The position numbers and the translations under genes are program-made. A stretch of 64,000 nt of DNA from Patescibacteria group bacterium (GTDB lineage: Bacteria > Patescibacteriota > Microgenomatia > UBA10105 > UBA927): assembly GCA_049322955.1 (NCBI GenBank), contig JBMOPU010000012.1:472150-536149 (forward strand). The letters are read 5' to 3'. Under the pieces are notes generated by a model. That model saw only the letters and a list, made by a program, of their open reading frames with translations. It did no database searches and was not told the DNA's origin. Of this stretch, positions 1 to 9,662 are shown one piece after another (position 1 is the first letter of the stretch; every line of letters starts with the position of its first letter).

Positions 1-1
1 G

Positions 2-577
2 TACCTCGGGGACACCTACCACGTAGCCATCGGGCAAGGCTATTTACTGACGACCCCACTCGCCGTCAATACCTGGACAAATATCGTGGCAAACGGCGGA
101 TATTTATGCCGGCCGACAATCGGAAAAATAACCAACAGCAGGGCGGAGCGGGAAAACTGTAAAAACCTCGGACTCAAAAAGGAAACCCTTGATCTGGTGT
201 ATAAGGGCATGGAAAGGGCTTGTGCGACGGAAGGAACCGGCTGGCCGTTATTTAATTTCCAGGTGCGAAAAACAACTTCGACTGATACGGTACAATCGGC
301 GTCTCCCTCGGCACAGCCGCCCGGTCTTCATGTCCCCATCGGGTGTAAAACCGGAACGGCTGAATTCGGACATCCGAAAGATCAGACGCATGCATGGTTC
401 ACCGCATTTGCCCCGCTTCCCGACGTGTACATTCCCGACGATATCAAGGCAACGGAAAATTATGTGGACGGACAGCCGGAAATTTCCGTTACGGTACTGG
501 TTGAGGGAGCCGGCGAAGGAAGCAGTGTCGCGGCGCCGATTGCAAAAAAAATATTTGAAGAGTGGTTCTCTCGATAA
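2..577 (+). CDS. Penicillin-binding protein, transpeptidase domain C-terminus (5' partial; ORF runs off the window start)
   Basis: The reading frame is open from base 2. KTGTAE (the KTG motif), HAWF..FAP and GSSVAAPIAKKIFE are typical of the PBP2/FtsI transpeptidase C-terminus. Confidence 0.8.
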   Translation, partial: YLGDTYHVAIGQGYLLTTPLAVNTWTNIVANGGYLCRPTIGKITNSRAERENCKNLGLKKETLDLVYKGMERACATEGTGWPLFNFQVRKTTSTDTVQSASPSAQPPGLHVPIGCKTGTAEFGHPKDQTHAWFTAFAPLPDVYIPDDIKATENYVDGQPEISVTVLVEGAGEGSSVAAPIAKKIFEEWFSR

Positions 578-589
578 GCATACCGTGAC

Positions 590-1942
590 ATGAAACCCAA
601 AAAACACATCGTTATTCTCGGCGCGGGACCGGCGGGGTTGGGAGCCGCGTGGCGGCTTACGGAGCTTGGCTATAATGACTTCACCGTCTATGAACGGCAG
701 GAATACGTCGGGGGACTCGCCGCATCATTTACCGACGAGCAAGGCTTTACCTGGGATATCGGCGGGCATGTATTGCATTCGCACTTTCCGTATTTTGACG
801 CGGTGTTTAAGAAGGTTCTGCGGGGAGCGTATTTTACGCACCGACGGCAAAGCTGGGTGTGGATTGCCGACCGGTTTGTGCCGTATCCTCTGCAAAACAA
901 TATTCATCGATTACCCGAAACGATGCGGGATGATTGTCTTGCCGGGCTGAGAAAAAGAACGTCGCTTCCGCCGAACAAACACGACTTTGCCTCATGGATT
1001 ACCGCGACGTATGGCGATGGGATAGCCGCACATTTTATGGTGCCGTATAACCGCAAGGTATGGGCATACCCGTTGCAAGATATGGGGTACCGATGGGTTG
1101 CCGATCGTGTTGCACCCGTTGATCTTGTTTCGATAGAAAAAAATATAAAAGTCGGCAGAGATGATGCCGGATGGGGACCCAATGCCGTGTTTCACTATCC
1201 CAAAAAAGGAGGAACCGGCGATATCTGGAAACGAGTGGCAAAACGTTTTGCCTCGCATATCCGCGGCAAAAAAGAAGCGATTCGTATCGATGGAAAAAAG
1301 AAACGGGTGTATTTTTCTGACGGTACAACCGACTCATATGATCTGCTTTTCAGTTCGATGCCTCTTGATCAATTGACCGGCCTTACGACGGGGGATCCGA
1401 CAATAAAAAAAACAACCGCATTGCATCACAGCGGGGTAACTATCGTGGGATTGGGTATGAAAGGAAACATACCGCAAATTCTGCAGAAAAAATGCTGGAT
1501 GTATTTTGCCGATCCGAAAATTCCTTTTTTCCGTGCGACGGTACTCTCCAATTATTCATCCCATAATGCGCCGAAAGGCTGTTGGTCGCTCATGACGGAA
1601 CTTTCTTTTTCCGCAACCGTGCCGCTTCCAAAAGAGAATGTTGCCGACGCCGTCATTCGTGCCGCAAAACGTATCGGTCTTATACCGAATTCTGCCACAG
1701 TGATTGACCGATTTGTTTTCACGACACCCTACGGTTATCCCACGCCGACAATCGAACGAGACGGGATTGTGGATCCGTTGCTTTCACAACTGGAAAAATC
1801 GGATATCTATTCGCGGGGACGTTTCGGGATGTGGAAATATGAAATAAGCAATCAGGATCATACCTTTATGCAGGGAGTGGAATGGGTGGATAGAATGCTA
1901 TTGGGCAAGAAGGAATCACTCTTGAAAAGCGCCGGTAAATAG
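590..1942 (+). CDS. FAD-dependent oxidoreductase, UDP-galactopyranose mutase (Glf)-like
   Basis: N-terminal GAGPAGLG Rossmann motif. GGHVLHSHFPYFD, NRKVWAYP and C-terminal RGRFGMWKYEISNQDH resemble UGM blocks (GAHIFHT.., ..QWGR.., GRLAEYKYYDMHQ). At 450 aa it is longer than E. coli Glf. Confidence 0.5.
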   Translation: MKPKKHIVILGAGPAGLGAAWRLTELGYNDFTVYERQEYVGGLAASFTDEQGFTWDIGGHVLHSHFPYFDAVFKKVLRGAYFTHRRQSWVWIADRFVPYPLQNNIHRLPETMRDDCLAGLRKRTSLPPNKHDFASWITATYGDGIAAHFMVPYNRKVWAYPLQDMGYRWVADRVAPVDLVSIEKNIKVGRDDAGWGPNAVFHYPKKGGTGDIWKRVAKRFASHIRGKKEAIRIDGKKKRVYFSDGTTDSYDLLFSSMPLDQLTGLTTGDPTIKKTTALHHSGVTIVGLGMKGNIPQILQKKCWMYFADPKIPFFRATVLSNYSSHNAPKGCWSLMTELSFSATVPLPKENVADAVIRAAKRIGLIPNSATVIDRFVFTTPYGYPTPTIERDGIVDPLLSQLEKSDIYSRGRFGMWKYEISNQDHTFMQGVEWVDRMLLGKKESLLKSAGK

Positions 1943-2763
1943 TGAATAGTAAAAACACTATGGGAGAAGTACCGCAAAATATCGTGGAACAAAAGGGGTT
2001 GGCTCAGCGTCTGCTGAAGATGGAAACACACGATACATACGATGGGCTGAAAACGGCGATTGAACGCTCCAAAAAAGGATTGGGGACGGCGGTTTTTTGC
2101 AGTCATAATACGAAAAACGATATGTTGGCGGCGGTGATGATGTTAAAAAGCGTGCCGGAATTTGCCGATAAGAAGTTTGTACTCCCCATGAACAGTATGT
2201 TATATAAGGCGTATTGGCCGGGCGAAAAGCTTATGAACGTTACTCTCATTCCCGTTCACTCGCCCGAGGTACGGCGCAAACATGCACTCGCCAAAGAAAA
2301 TCCGAAGTCACGGGAGCTAACGCTTGCAGATCGGATTACCGTACCGAAAGAAGACCATCTTGATGTTGAAGGGTCACTTCAAACGTATCTCAAAGCCGCA
2401 AAAGAGGCGTTGGAAAAAGGGGGCATTGTCGTGGTTGCGCCGCAAGCTCAGGGCAATCTCGATAAAATTGACCTCACCCATCAGCGCAAGGCATTTTCCA
2501 AGTTCAGAAATTATATGGCGAAGTATCCTGGTCTTACGTATTCGGTATTGCCGATAGGCGTTTCGTTTCCGGAGCGGGCAAAGAAAGGACAATCGCAAAA
2601 AGGTGCAAATTTCGGTGAAAAAATGCGCATCGACATCGGCGCCTGCTACGATCAGGAGAAAGTCACCCAAGGCGTATCCCTTGCGGGCGGCAATGCCGAC
2701 CTGTGGATGTACGGGCAAATCGCATCGCTCTTACCGAAGGAAGCGGTGAAGCGACCGGCGTAA
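1942..2763 (+). CDS. Putative acyltransferase (HX4D motif, PlsC/LPLAT-like)
   Basis: The 273-aa ORF has a GTG start that overlaps the upstream stop, with an alternative ATG at 1960. It carries an HNTKND (HX4D) motif and no other recognisable motif. Confidence 0.4.
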   Translation: MNSKNTMGEVPQNIVEQKGLAQRLLKMETHDTYDGLKTAIERSKKGLGTAVFCSHNTKNDMLAAVMMLKSVPEFADKKFVLPMNSMLYKAYWPGEKLMNVTLIPVHSPEVRRKHALAKENPKSRELTLADRITVPKEDHLDVEGSLQTYLKAAKEALEKGGIVVVAPQAQGNLDKIDLTHQRKAFSKFRNYMAKYPGLTYSVLPIGVSFPERAKKGQSQKGANFGEKMRIDIGACYDQEKVTQGVSLAGGNADLWMYGQIASLLPKEAVKRPA

Positions 2764-3486
2764 TTATCGGATATCCTTGTAGCTTTGTTTGCGAAGCGGT
2801 TTTTCGAGAAGCACCACTTGGATAACGGTGGGAACAAGCTCGGTAAGATACTGCCAAAATCTTCCCCGTACCCTTCGGTCGGAATTTTTAATCTCCATGG
2901 CGTCCACATGATGTACCGCTCCGACACGACCGGCCCGTTTTCCGAGATCGGTGTCATAGAGTTCATGGAAATTTTCATTGAATCCGCCGATTTGGTCATA
3001 GACCGATTTTCGTATTGCGGAATTACTGCAACGAAATGTCGCGTTCCGGTAAAAAATAAGGCTTAAAAAGTGGGTGATGCCGAGCGCGGTTCGTACCAAG
3101 AAGTGTTCATGTTCGGCCGCCTTGTGAAACGTATATCCTCCGGATATGGCCGCAACTGAAGGGTGTGATTTAAAATAATCCGCAATTGTTTGTACCCAGG
3201 TAGCGGGTACGACACAGTCGGCTTCGGTAAAGCAAAGAATGGTTCCTTTTGCTTCGGCAACACCTCTGATAAACCCGTAAATTTTGCCTTTTTTCGGCTC
3301 ATTCACGTAGCGGACGCCCGCCTTTTTTGCAACCGTTGCCGTTGCATCGGTTGAATTGCTGTCAACCACGATTACCTCATACGGCACCTTTGCTGATTGA
3401 CGGGTGAGTGCCGCGAGGCATTGGGGGAGTAATGCTTCCTCATTTTTTGCGGGGACGATGACGGATACGACAGGTTTTGCGGCCAT
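2764..3486 (-). CDS. Glycosyltransferase family 2
   Basis: VSVIVPAKNEE...VIVVDSNSTD...CFTEADC is the classic GT2 DXD architecture. The start was chosen at the Met preceding the VSVIVP motif. Confidence 0.8.
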   Translation of the reverse strand: MAAKPVVSVIVPAKNEEALLPQCLAALTRQSAKVPYEVIVVDSNSTDATATVAKKAGVRYVNEPKKGKIYGFIRGVAEAKGTILCFTEADCVVPATWVQTIADYFKSHPSVAAISGGYTFHKAAEHEHFLVRTALGITHFLSLIFYRNATFRCSNSAIRKSVYDQIGGFNENFHELYDTDLGKRAGRVGAVHHVDAMEIKNSDRRVRGRFWQYLTELVPTVIQVVLLEKPLRKQSYKDIR

Positions 3487-3529
3487 AGGAAACTGGATAA
3501 TAGTATCGTAGAATACGGGTGGTCGCAAT

Positions 3530-4669
3530 ATGAAAACACGACAAAAAAACCATCGGGCACTGATGCAATCGGAATTGCGCGCCTGTATGACCGAGTCGGG
3601 GTTTGCCGCAGGAAATCATCACTTCGTAGATCTGTGGGCACGGGACAGTCTGTTTGCCACATTGGGCGCGAATGTCAGCGGCATGACCGCTGAGTCAAAA
3701 AAAACAATTGAAACATTTCTTCGGTATCAGCGGGCAGACGGACTTATCCCGTATCTTATCTTGCGAAGCCGGCACACGATCGGCAAATATTTTAATATCC
3801 ATTCGTTCTACAAAGAGCCCGTCGCGCATTTTCGTTCGCATATGTCGTTTGGTATTGTTCCCGACGGAGGACTGATGACCGTTATCGCCGCGGCGGATTA
3901 TGCCAAAGTCACCCGGGATTACCGTTTTTTGACCAGGCAGTACGACAGACTGCACAAAGCACTTTCCTGGTATGAATCGCGATTCGGTTCCGGGCTCATC
4001 CGCGAATGGTTTCAGTGTGAATGGGCAGACGCATTGCTCAAAGTGGGCAACACGCTTTATACCAATGTTTTGTATTATAAAGCGCTTTCCGATATGGCAT
4101 GGATAGCCGGCAAGGTGAAGAAAACCGCCGATCAAAAACGATTTTTCAATCGCGCGGCGCTGATACGAAAGCACATCAATGAAGCACTGTGGACGGGCTC
4201 CTATTTTGCCGACTGGTATGACTATAAGCGGCAGAATTATTTTGCCGTTCACCCAAATATGCTTGCCGTGCTTTTTGGACTTACGACGTCCGAACAGGCA
4301 AACAGTATTCTTGGATATGCCAAACGGTATACGAACAACGGTTGGGCGATGAAAAACAGTTATCCGGAATATCCCTGGTGGCGAGTCCCGCTCCTGCATC
4401 TTGTGATCGGCATGGGCGATTATCATAACGGTCTTATTTGGTTGCAACCAGGTATTTTGTATGCGGGGGCGCTTCATAAAACAGGGTATCGTGCCGAAGC
4501 GAAAAAAACGCTTCGTATGATCGCCGAAAAGATTACGCTGACGAAAGGAGCGCATGAAGTGTATGAACGAAACGGCACCCCCGTTCGTCGGCGTGTGTAT
4601 CGGTCCGAGCATCCGTTTGCCTGGTCAGCGGGACTCTTTTTGTGGATTTCCTCTATACTAGGGAAGTAA
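3530..4669 (+). CDS. Glycoside hydrolase, (alpha/alpha)6-barrel GDE_C/GH63-like
   Basis: DLWARDSLFATLGA and the overall composition resemble the amylo-alpha-1,6-glucosidase / GH63 six-hairpin glycosidase family. Confidence 0.5.
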   Translation: MKTRQKNHRALMQSELRACMTESGFAAGNHHFVDLWARDSLFATLGANVSGMTAESKKTIETFLRYQRADGLIPYLILRSRHTIGKYFNIHSFYKEPVAHFRSHMSFGIVPDGGLMTVIAAADYAKVTRDYRFLTRQYDRLHKALSWYESRFGSGLIREWFQCEWADALLKVGNTLYTNVLYYKALSDMAWIAGKVKKTADQKRFFNRAALIRKHINEALWTGSYFADWYDYKRQNYFAVHPNMLAVLFGLTTSEQANSILGYAKRYTNNGWAMKNSYPEYPWWRVPLLHLVIGMGDYHNGLIWLQPGILYAGALHKTGYRAEAKKTLRMIAEKITLTKGAHEVYERNGTPVRRRVYRSEHPFAWSAGLFLWISSILGK

Positions 4670-4673
4670 TGAT

Positions 4674-5390
4674 ATGAAACAAACCGTTACGGTAATTATT
4701 CCCGCCCACAACGAAGAACGCACCTTGCCTTCGATCGTTGAGATCGTACGTACGTGGAAGAAAGCCGCTGAAATTGTCGTCGTGGATGACGGTTCTACGG
4801 ATCAGACACATCATAGTGTCCGGCAATTTCGCCCCGATGTACGGGTGATCCGTCATAAAAAAAATGAAGGAAAAGCGACCGCCATGGCCAACGGTATCGA
4901 AAAAAGCCACGGCGAAATCATCATGTTCCTTGACGCCGATACGGTGGGGCTCACGCATAAGGACCTTGATGCCATGATAGCTCCCGTCCTTGCAGGCAAA
5001 GCGGCAATGGTTTTAGGTGCCGCACGGTTTTGGTCGGCGGGCAAGTTCGAACCGTTCACCACCCTCACGGGACAACGCGTCGTGCTCAGAAAAGACGTCC
5101 TGCCGATGGTCTCCGCGATTCGCGGGATCGGGTACGGCGTGGAACTTTTTCTCAATAAAAAATATGAGCATCTACCCGTTGCTACGGTACGACTCCCGCA
5201 TGTGTTTATTTTGGGAAAGCTTGAAAAACAATCATTACCCGATGCGTTGGTTTCCTATATTAAGGAAATACGTGAATTATTGCTCCAGCTTGTTACCCAG
5301 TATGCGGATGAAATCGGTCCGCACGCAAAGCGAATCGTCAAAGAAGTCATCCGATACAGCCTTCGTATTATCGATATGATTCTTTCGTGA
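4674..5390 (+). CDS. Glycosyltransferase family 2 (DPM/GpgS-like)
   Basis: VTVIIPAHNEE...VVVDDGSTD...MFLDAD motifs. Confidence 0.8.
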   Translation: MKQTVTVIIPAHNEERTLPSIVEIVRTWKKAAEIVVVDDGSTDQTHHSVRQFRPDVRVIRHKKNEGKATAMANGIEKSHGEIIMFLDADTVGLTHKDLDAMIAPVLAGKAAMVLGAARFWSAGKFEPFTTLTGQRVVLRKDVLPMVSAIRGIGYGVELFLNKKYEHLPVATVRLPHVFILGKLEKQSLPDALVSYIKEIRELLLQLVTQYADEIGPHAKRIVKEVIRYSLRIIDMILS

Positions 5391-5403
5391 TTATTCGAAT
5401 GGT

Positions 5404-6519
5404 ATGGATGCCGACCTGCCCTATTTTGTCGCATTCAGCATGTTTCCCGGTATCGGACCGGTTCGGTTTCAACTCCTCTACGACTACTTTTCGTCGGCAA
5501 AAAATGCCTGGTCAGCGAGTGCAGGGGAGCTACGGCATATCGGGTTAGGTACGACACTCACGGAACGATTTTGCGCATTTCGTAAAACGATCATCATCGA
5601 ATCGTTGTTACCGATGCTTGAAAAAGCGAAGGTAACCGCCCTGTCGTTTTACGATAAACGATACCCGACGCTTCTTTCGGAAGTTTCCGATCGTCCGTTT
5701 GTTTTGTATGTAAAAGGGCATCGGGGCAAACTTCCCATCAATCTTTCTGATACCGTTGCCGTCGTGGGGACGCGAAAAGTGACCCGCTACGGTGCACAGG
5801 TGACTCAAGAAATCGCGGGCGATTTGGCAAGGGCGGGGATCACCGTTGTCTCGGGTCTGGCATACGGGGTGGATGCCATAGCGCACAAAGCGGCGCTTGA
5901 TAGCGGGGGAGCAACTATTGCCGTCTTGGGGTGCGGTGTCGACGTGGTTGCTCCGGCAAGTAATGCGGGACTCTATAAAAATATTATTGAAAGCGGCAGG
6001 GGTGCAATTGTTTCGGAAATGCCTCTTACCATGAAACCGGGCAAAGGACTTTTTCCCGCTCGAAACCGCATTATCTCCGGGTTATCCCGGGGAGTAGTCG
6101 TTACGGAAGGCACCGAACAGAGCGGATCGCTTATTACCGCGCGCTACGCCGCGGAACAGGGACGAGACGTGTTTGCCGTTCCCGGAAGCATTACCAATCC
6201 CTATAGCAAAGGGCCGTCCAAACTTATTCGCGACGGTGCGAGTCTTATCACCTCTGCTCGTGATATTCTTGACGCCATGGGGATCACGCAAGGCAAATCT
6301 TCACCGGGAAACGATTGTCCGAGTCTTTCAACGGATGAGCAAACCGTGTGGCGTTGTCTCACTCGCGGGGATAGCCAGGTTGATGCTATAGTGAGAGAAT
6401 CCGGCTTGACCGCCAGTATGGTCACTGGTATCCTAACGGTCTTTGAAATGAGGGGTATAGCCAGGAATATCGGGGAAAATACGTACAGTTTAATAAAATA
6501 TGAAAGGAATACTACGTAA
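5404..6519 (+). CDS. dprA: DNA processing protein DprA (Smf)
   Basis: VVGTRKVT.YG...VVSGLAYGVDAIAHKAAL..GG.TIAVLGCGVD...VPGSI.N..SKG...LI.DGA reproduces the DprA Rossmann-fold consensus. Confidence 0.9.
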   Translation: MDADLPYFVAFSMFPGIGPVRFQLLYDYFSSAKNAWSASAGELRHIGLGTTLTERFCAFRKTIIIESLLPMLEKAKVTALSFYDKRYPTLLSEVSDRPFVLYVKGHRGKLPINLSDTVAVVGTRKVTRYGAQVTQEIAGDLARAGITVVSGLAYGVDAIAHKAALDSGGATIAVLGCGVDVVAPASNAGLYKNIIESGRGAIVSEMPLTMKPGKGLFPARNRIISGLSRGVVVTEGTEQSGSLITARYAAEQGRDVFAVPGSITNPYSKGPSKLIRDGASLITSARDILDAMGITQGKSSPGNDCPSLSTDEQTVWRCLTRGDSQVDAIVRESGLTASMVTGILTVFEMRGIARNIGENTYSLIKYERNTT

Positions 6520-6606
6520 GTAATAGGCAAAGGAAAAAGTACGGCGCGCATTTTCATTCTGCTGTGCAGGATCGAGCGCCGAGAAAAAACGTAGTTTTGT
6601 CTTAAG

Positions 6607-8640
6607 ATGAAACTTATCATTGTCGAATCACCGACCAAAGCGCGAACCCTAACGCGTTTTTTGGGAAGCTCCGCTTACCGGATTGAGGCGTCTATGGGGC
6701 ATGTTCGGGATTTACCCAAAAGTGCCCTGGGAGTGGATGTGGAGCATGATTTTACCCCGAGCTATATCATTCCCCGTGATAAAACAAAACAGGTCAATGC
6801 GCTGAAAGACGCGGCATTAAAGGCGGATGAGGTTATTCTCGCCACCGACCCTGATCGGGAGGGAGAGGCAATTGCGTTTCATATTGCCGCGATTTTAAAT
6901 GAACTGCGCGAAAAAAAAGCTTCAAAAAAGAAAAAGGAAACCAAAGAAGAAACGACACCCTTCCGCCGCATTGTGTTTCATGAAATCACGGAGTCCGCAA
7001 TCAAAGAAGCGCTTCTGCATCCGCGGGATATCGACCTTCCGCTGGTTGATGCGCAACAGGCACGACGCGTATTGGATCGGCTGGTAGGGTATAAGCTCTC
7101 ACCGCTCCTCTGGAAGAAAATGTCAAAACGATGGCTTTCGGCGGGAAGAGTGCAGTCGGTTGCCGTTCGGCTCATTGTGGAACGGGAACGTGAAATACAA
7201 AAGTTTGCCTCGAAAGAATATTGGACGATCGAAGGCGCTTTCGGCGCCGAATCACAATCGCTTACTGCGGCGCTTATTTCTCTTCACGGGCAGAAATATG
7301 AGAAGACGCTTTCTTTCTCCTTGTTTGACGGTACCTATACCACGACCTCCTCGACCATCGTGACAGGGGAACAGGCGGGGCAGATTATTGCCGATTTTGC
7401 AAAGCCCTTTATCGTCCATGCCGTCGATAAGAAAGAAGTGCGACGGAATCCCGCATCCCCCTATACGACCAGCACGCTTCAGCAGGACGCCGGAAGAAAG
7501 TTATATTTTTCATCAAAGAAAACGATGCAACTCGCGCAAAAATTATATGAGGAAGGGTATATTACGTATCATCGAACGGACAGCGTGAACCTGTCGGAAA
7601 AATTTATCGGCGAGGCAAGGGAGTATATTGCCCGTGAATACGGTGCCGCATATGTCCCCGCTACGGCCAGAAAATTTAAAACAAAATCAAAAGTCGCTCA
7701 GGAGGCGCATGAGGCAATCAGGCCGACGGTTGTTTCGCGGAAAGCCGAAGCGATTACGGAAGGGGAATTCCATCGCGATCATGTGAGGCTGTACGACCTT
7801 ATATGGAAACGGGCGGTGGCAAGCCAGGCGGCGGAAGCGGTATTTGATTCGACGACCATAGGGATAACGAGCGGGAACGGGTACCTATTTGAAACCAGCG
7901 GATCGGTTATTAAGTTTGACGGTTTTTTGAAAGTCGTAGGGAGAGACTCCGAAGAAAAAGTCATTCCGGCAGTCGGAGTCGGGGATGAAGTGACGCTCAT
8001 TGCCGCCACTCCTACCCAACACTTTACTTCGCCGCCACCCCGTTATACCGAAGCGAGTCTCGTGAAAACGCTTGAAGAAAAAGGCATCGGACGACCGTCT
8101 ACCTACGCGCCGATTCTTTCAACGATCGTTGATAGGCAATATGTAACCCGGGAAGAAAAAAAACTGCTCCCCACCGAACTGGGGATTGCCGTAACCGATT
8201 TTCTCGTACGCTATTTTTCGAATATTCTTGATCTTCCCTTTACCGCGCATATGGAAGACGACCTTGACGCCATCGCAAACGGGGAAAAACAATGGGTACC
8301 GGTAATTGCCGATTTCTACGCACCGTTTAGTAAAAGTATCGAGACAACGTACGAGGTTGCCGAAAAAGTAAAACTTTCCGAAGAATCGATAGACGAAAAG
8401 TGCCCCAATTGCGGCCACGAGCTTGTGGTACGAACGGGCAAATTCGGCAAGTTTATCGCCTGTACCAATTTTCCTGAATGTACCTATACCCGACAATACG
8501 GGGAGAAGGTTGACATCAAATGCCCTCGGTGCGGCAGTGATATCGTCGTCAAGAAAAGTAAGCGCGGAAAGAAATTCTACGGTTGCAGTAATTATCCTTC
8601 TTGTACCTTCGCCGCCTGGAAAAAAGAGGATATAAAATAG
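6607..8640 (+). CDS. topA: DNA topoisomerase I
   Basis: N-terminal Toprim domain (MKLIIVESPTKA). It has the catalytic-Tyr-region block and C-terminal C4 zinc ribbons (CPNCGHEL...C..C, CPRCGSD...C..C). Confidence 0.95.
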   Translation: MKLIIVESPTKARTLTRFLGSSAYRIEASMGHVRDLPKSALGVDVEHDFTPSYIIPRDKTKQVNALKDAALKADEVILATDPDREGEAIAFHIAAILNELREKKASKKKKETKEETTPFRRIVFHEITESAIKEALLHPRDIDLPLVDAQQARRVLDRLVGYKLSPLLWKKMSKRWLSAGRVQSVAVRLIVEREREIQKFASKEYWTIEGAFGAESQSLTAALISLHGQKYEKTLSFSLFDGTYTTTSSTIVTGEQAGQIIADFAKPFIVHAVDKKEVRRNPASPYTTSTLQQDAGRKLYFSSKKTMQLAQKLYEEGYITYHRTDSVNLSEKFIGEAREYIAREYGAAYVPATARKFKTKSKVAQEAHEAIRPTVVSRKAEAITEGEFHRDHVRLYDLIWKRAVASQAAEAVFDSTTIGITSGNGYLFETSGSVIKFDGFLKVVGRDSEEKVIPAVGVGDEVTLIAATPTQHFTSPPPRYTEASLVKTLEEKGIGRPSTYAPILSTIVDRQYVTREEKKLLPTELGIAVTDFLVRYFSNILDLPFTAHMEDDLDAIANGEKQWVPVIADFYAPFSKSIETTYEVAEKVKLSEESIDEKCPNCGHELVVRTGKFGKFIACTNFPECTYTRQYGEKVDIKCPRCGSDIVVKKSKRGKKFYGCSNYPSCTFAAWKKEDIK

Positions 8641-8737
8641 CCGGTTTGCAATCCGGGTTACCTGTTACTTCGCGGATTTTTTTTCGCGTCATATATATCA
8701 CCGAGCGCGTTACGATACGCGATGAGTACGCGAAAGT

Positions 8738-9106
8738 ATGCTATACTTTTGCGTACGTATGGAAGATCGGCGAAAAACCATTGCGGCTCTTACTATAATT
8801 ATCTGTGTCATCGTTCTTATTGTCGTAATTATCGGTGCGCTCCTTTCACGGAAAAAAGTAGTTTCTCCCGTTCCCGATGAAGGTGCGATTCGCGTGATAT
8901 TTATGAGCCCGACGCCAATTCTTATCGCGACGGATACGCCGACGCCGACCGCGGCAAAAAACTCAACGACGGCAAAGCCTACCGCCAAACCGCAGAGCAC
9001 ACCAACTCCCACACCGAAACAAAATATAACCCCAACGTCGACAGCAACAACGCCCACTGCCACGCCGACCAAGACGCCTACCGCAACGCCGTCACCCGGC
9101 ACGTAA
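8738..9106 (+). CDS. Membrane-anchored Pro/Thr-rich low-complexity protein
   Basis: A TM helix (IICVIVLIVVIIGALL) is followed by (T/P)-rich repeats (TPTPTAAKNSTTAKPTAKPQSTPTPTP...). A possible alternative start lies at 8759. Confidence 0.55.
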   Translation: MLYFCVRMEDRRKTIAALTIIICVIVLIVVIIGALLSRKKVVSPVPDEGAIRVIFMSPTPILIATDTPTPTAAKNSTTAKPTAKPQSTPTPTPKQNITPTSTATTPTATPTKTPTATPSPGT

Positions 9107-9108
9107 TT

Positions 9109-9660
9109 ATGGATTTCCTGCTCTCACTCGATCGCGCCACGTTCCAGTTCATCAATAATTTTTCGCACACGCCAGTAAATCATGTGATTGCATTGTTTCT
9201 TTCCGGGATCGGTGTCTGGGGAATTGTTTGGATTCTTATCGGCATAGGGTTGTTTATGCAGGTTGAAAAAAAGAATCATTTCTTTTTCTTGCCGCTTGGT
9301 ACGGGACTCTTAGGAAGTTGGTTCTTGGCCGAGATATTGCTTAAGAATCTTATAAAACGCGCACGCCCGTTTGTCGATCTTCCTGCCACCGTCGTCGGGG
9401 GAGAAGCGTCGGGATATTCGTTTCCCTCATCGCATGCGACGGCCGCGTTTGCCATGGCAGTGATATTGTCGAATTTTCAACCGAGACTTCGCACGCTTTT
9501 CTTTTTTCTTGCATTCTGCGTTTCACTTTCACGGGTGTATATGGGCGTACATTATCCTTCGGACATTATTGCCGGGGCACTGGTAGGAATCGGTATCGGC
9601 ATTGCTTCGCTTCGGCTTGTTTCACGGGTGAAGACAAAGAAAACCGCAAAAAAACGGTGA
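9109..9660 (+). CDS. PAP2-family lipid phosphate phosphatase
   Basis: PAP2 motifs KRARPF, SFPSSHA and SRVYMGVHYPSD. Confidence 0.85.
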   Translation: MDFLLSLDRATFQFINNFSHTPVNHVIALFLSGIGVWGIVWILIGIGLFMQVEKKNHFFFLPLGTGLLGSWFLAEILLKNLIKRARPFVDLPATVVGGEASGYSFPSSHATAAFAMAVILSNFQPRLRTLFFFLAFCVSLSRVYMGVHYPSDIIAGALVGIGIGIASLRLVSRVKTKKTAKKR

Positions 9661-9662
9661 CG

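Noticed and set aside
189-607. Overlapping alternative-frame ORFs (134 aa plus-strand, 119 aa minus-strand) across the PBP C-terminal coding region
   Set aside because: The PBP frame carries unmistakable transpeptidase motifs, so the others are frame shadows.
8710-9102. 130-aa minus-strand ORF rich in V/G/A, antisense to the PT-rich gene
   Set aside because: It mirrors the low-complexity repeats on the opposite strand and has no start context, so it is an artefact of the repeat.
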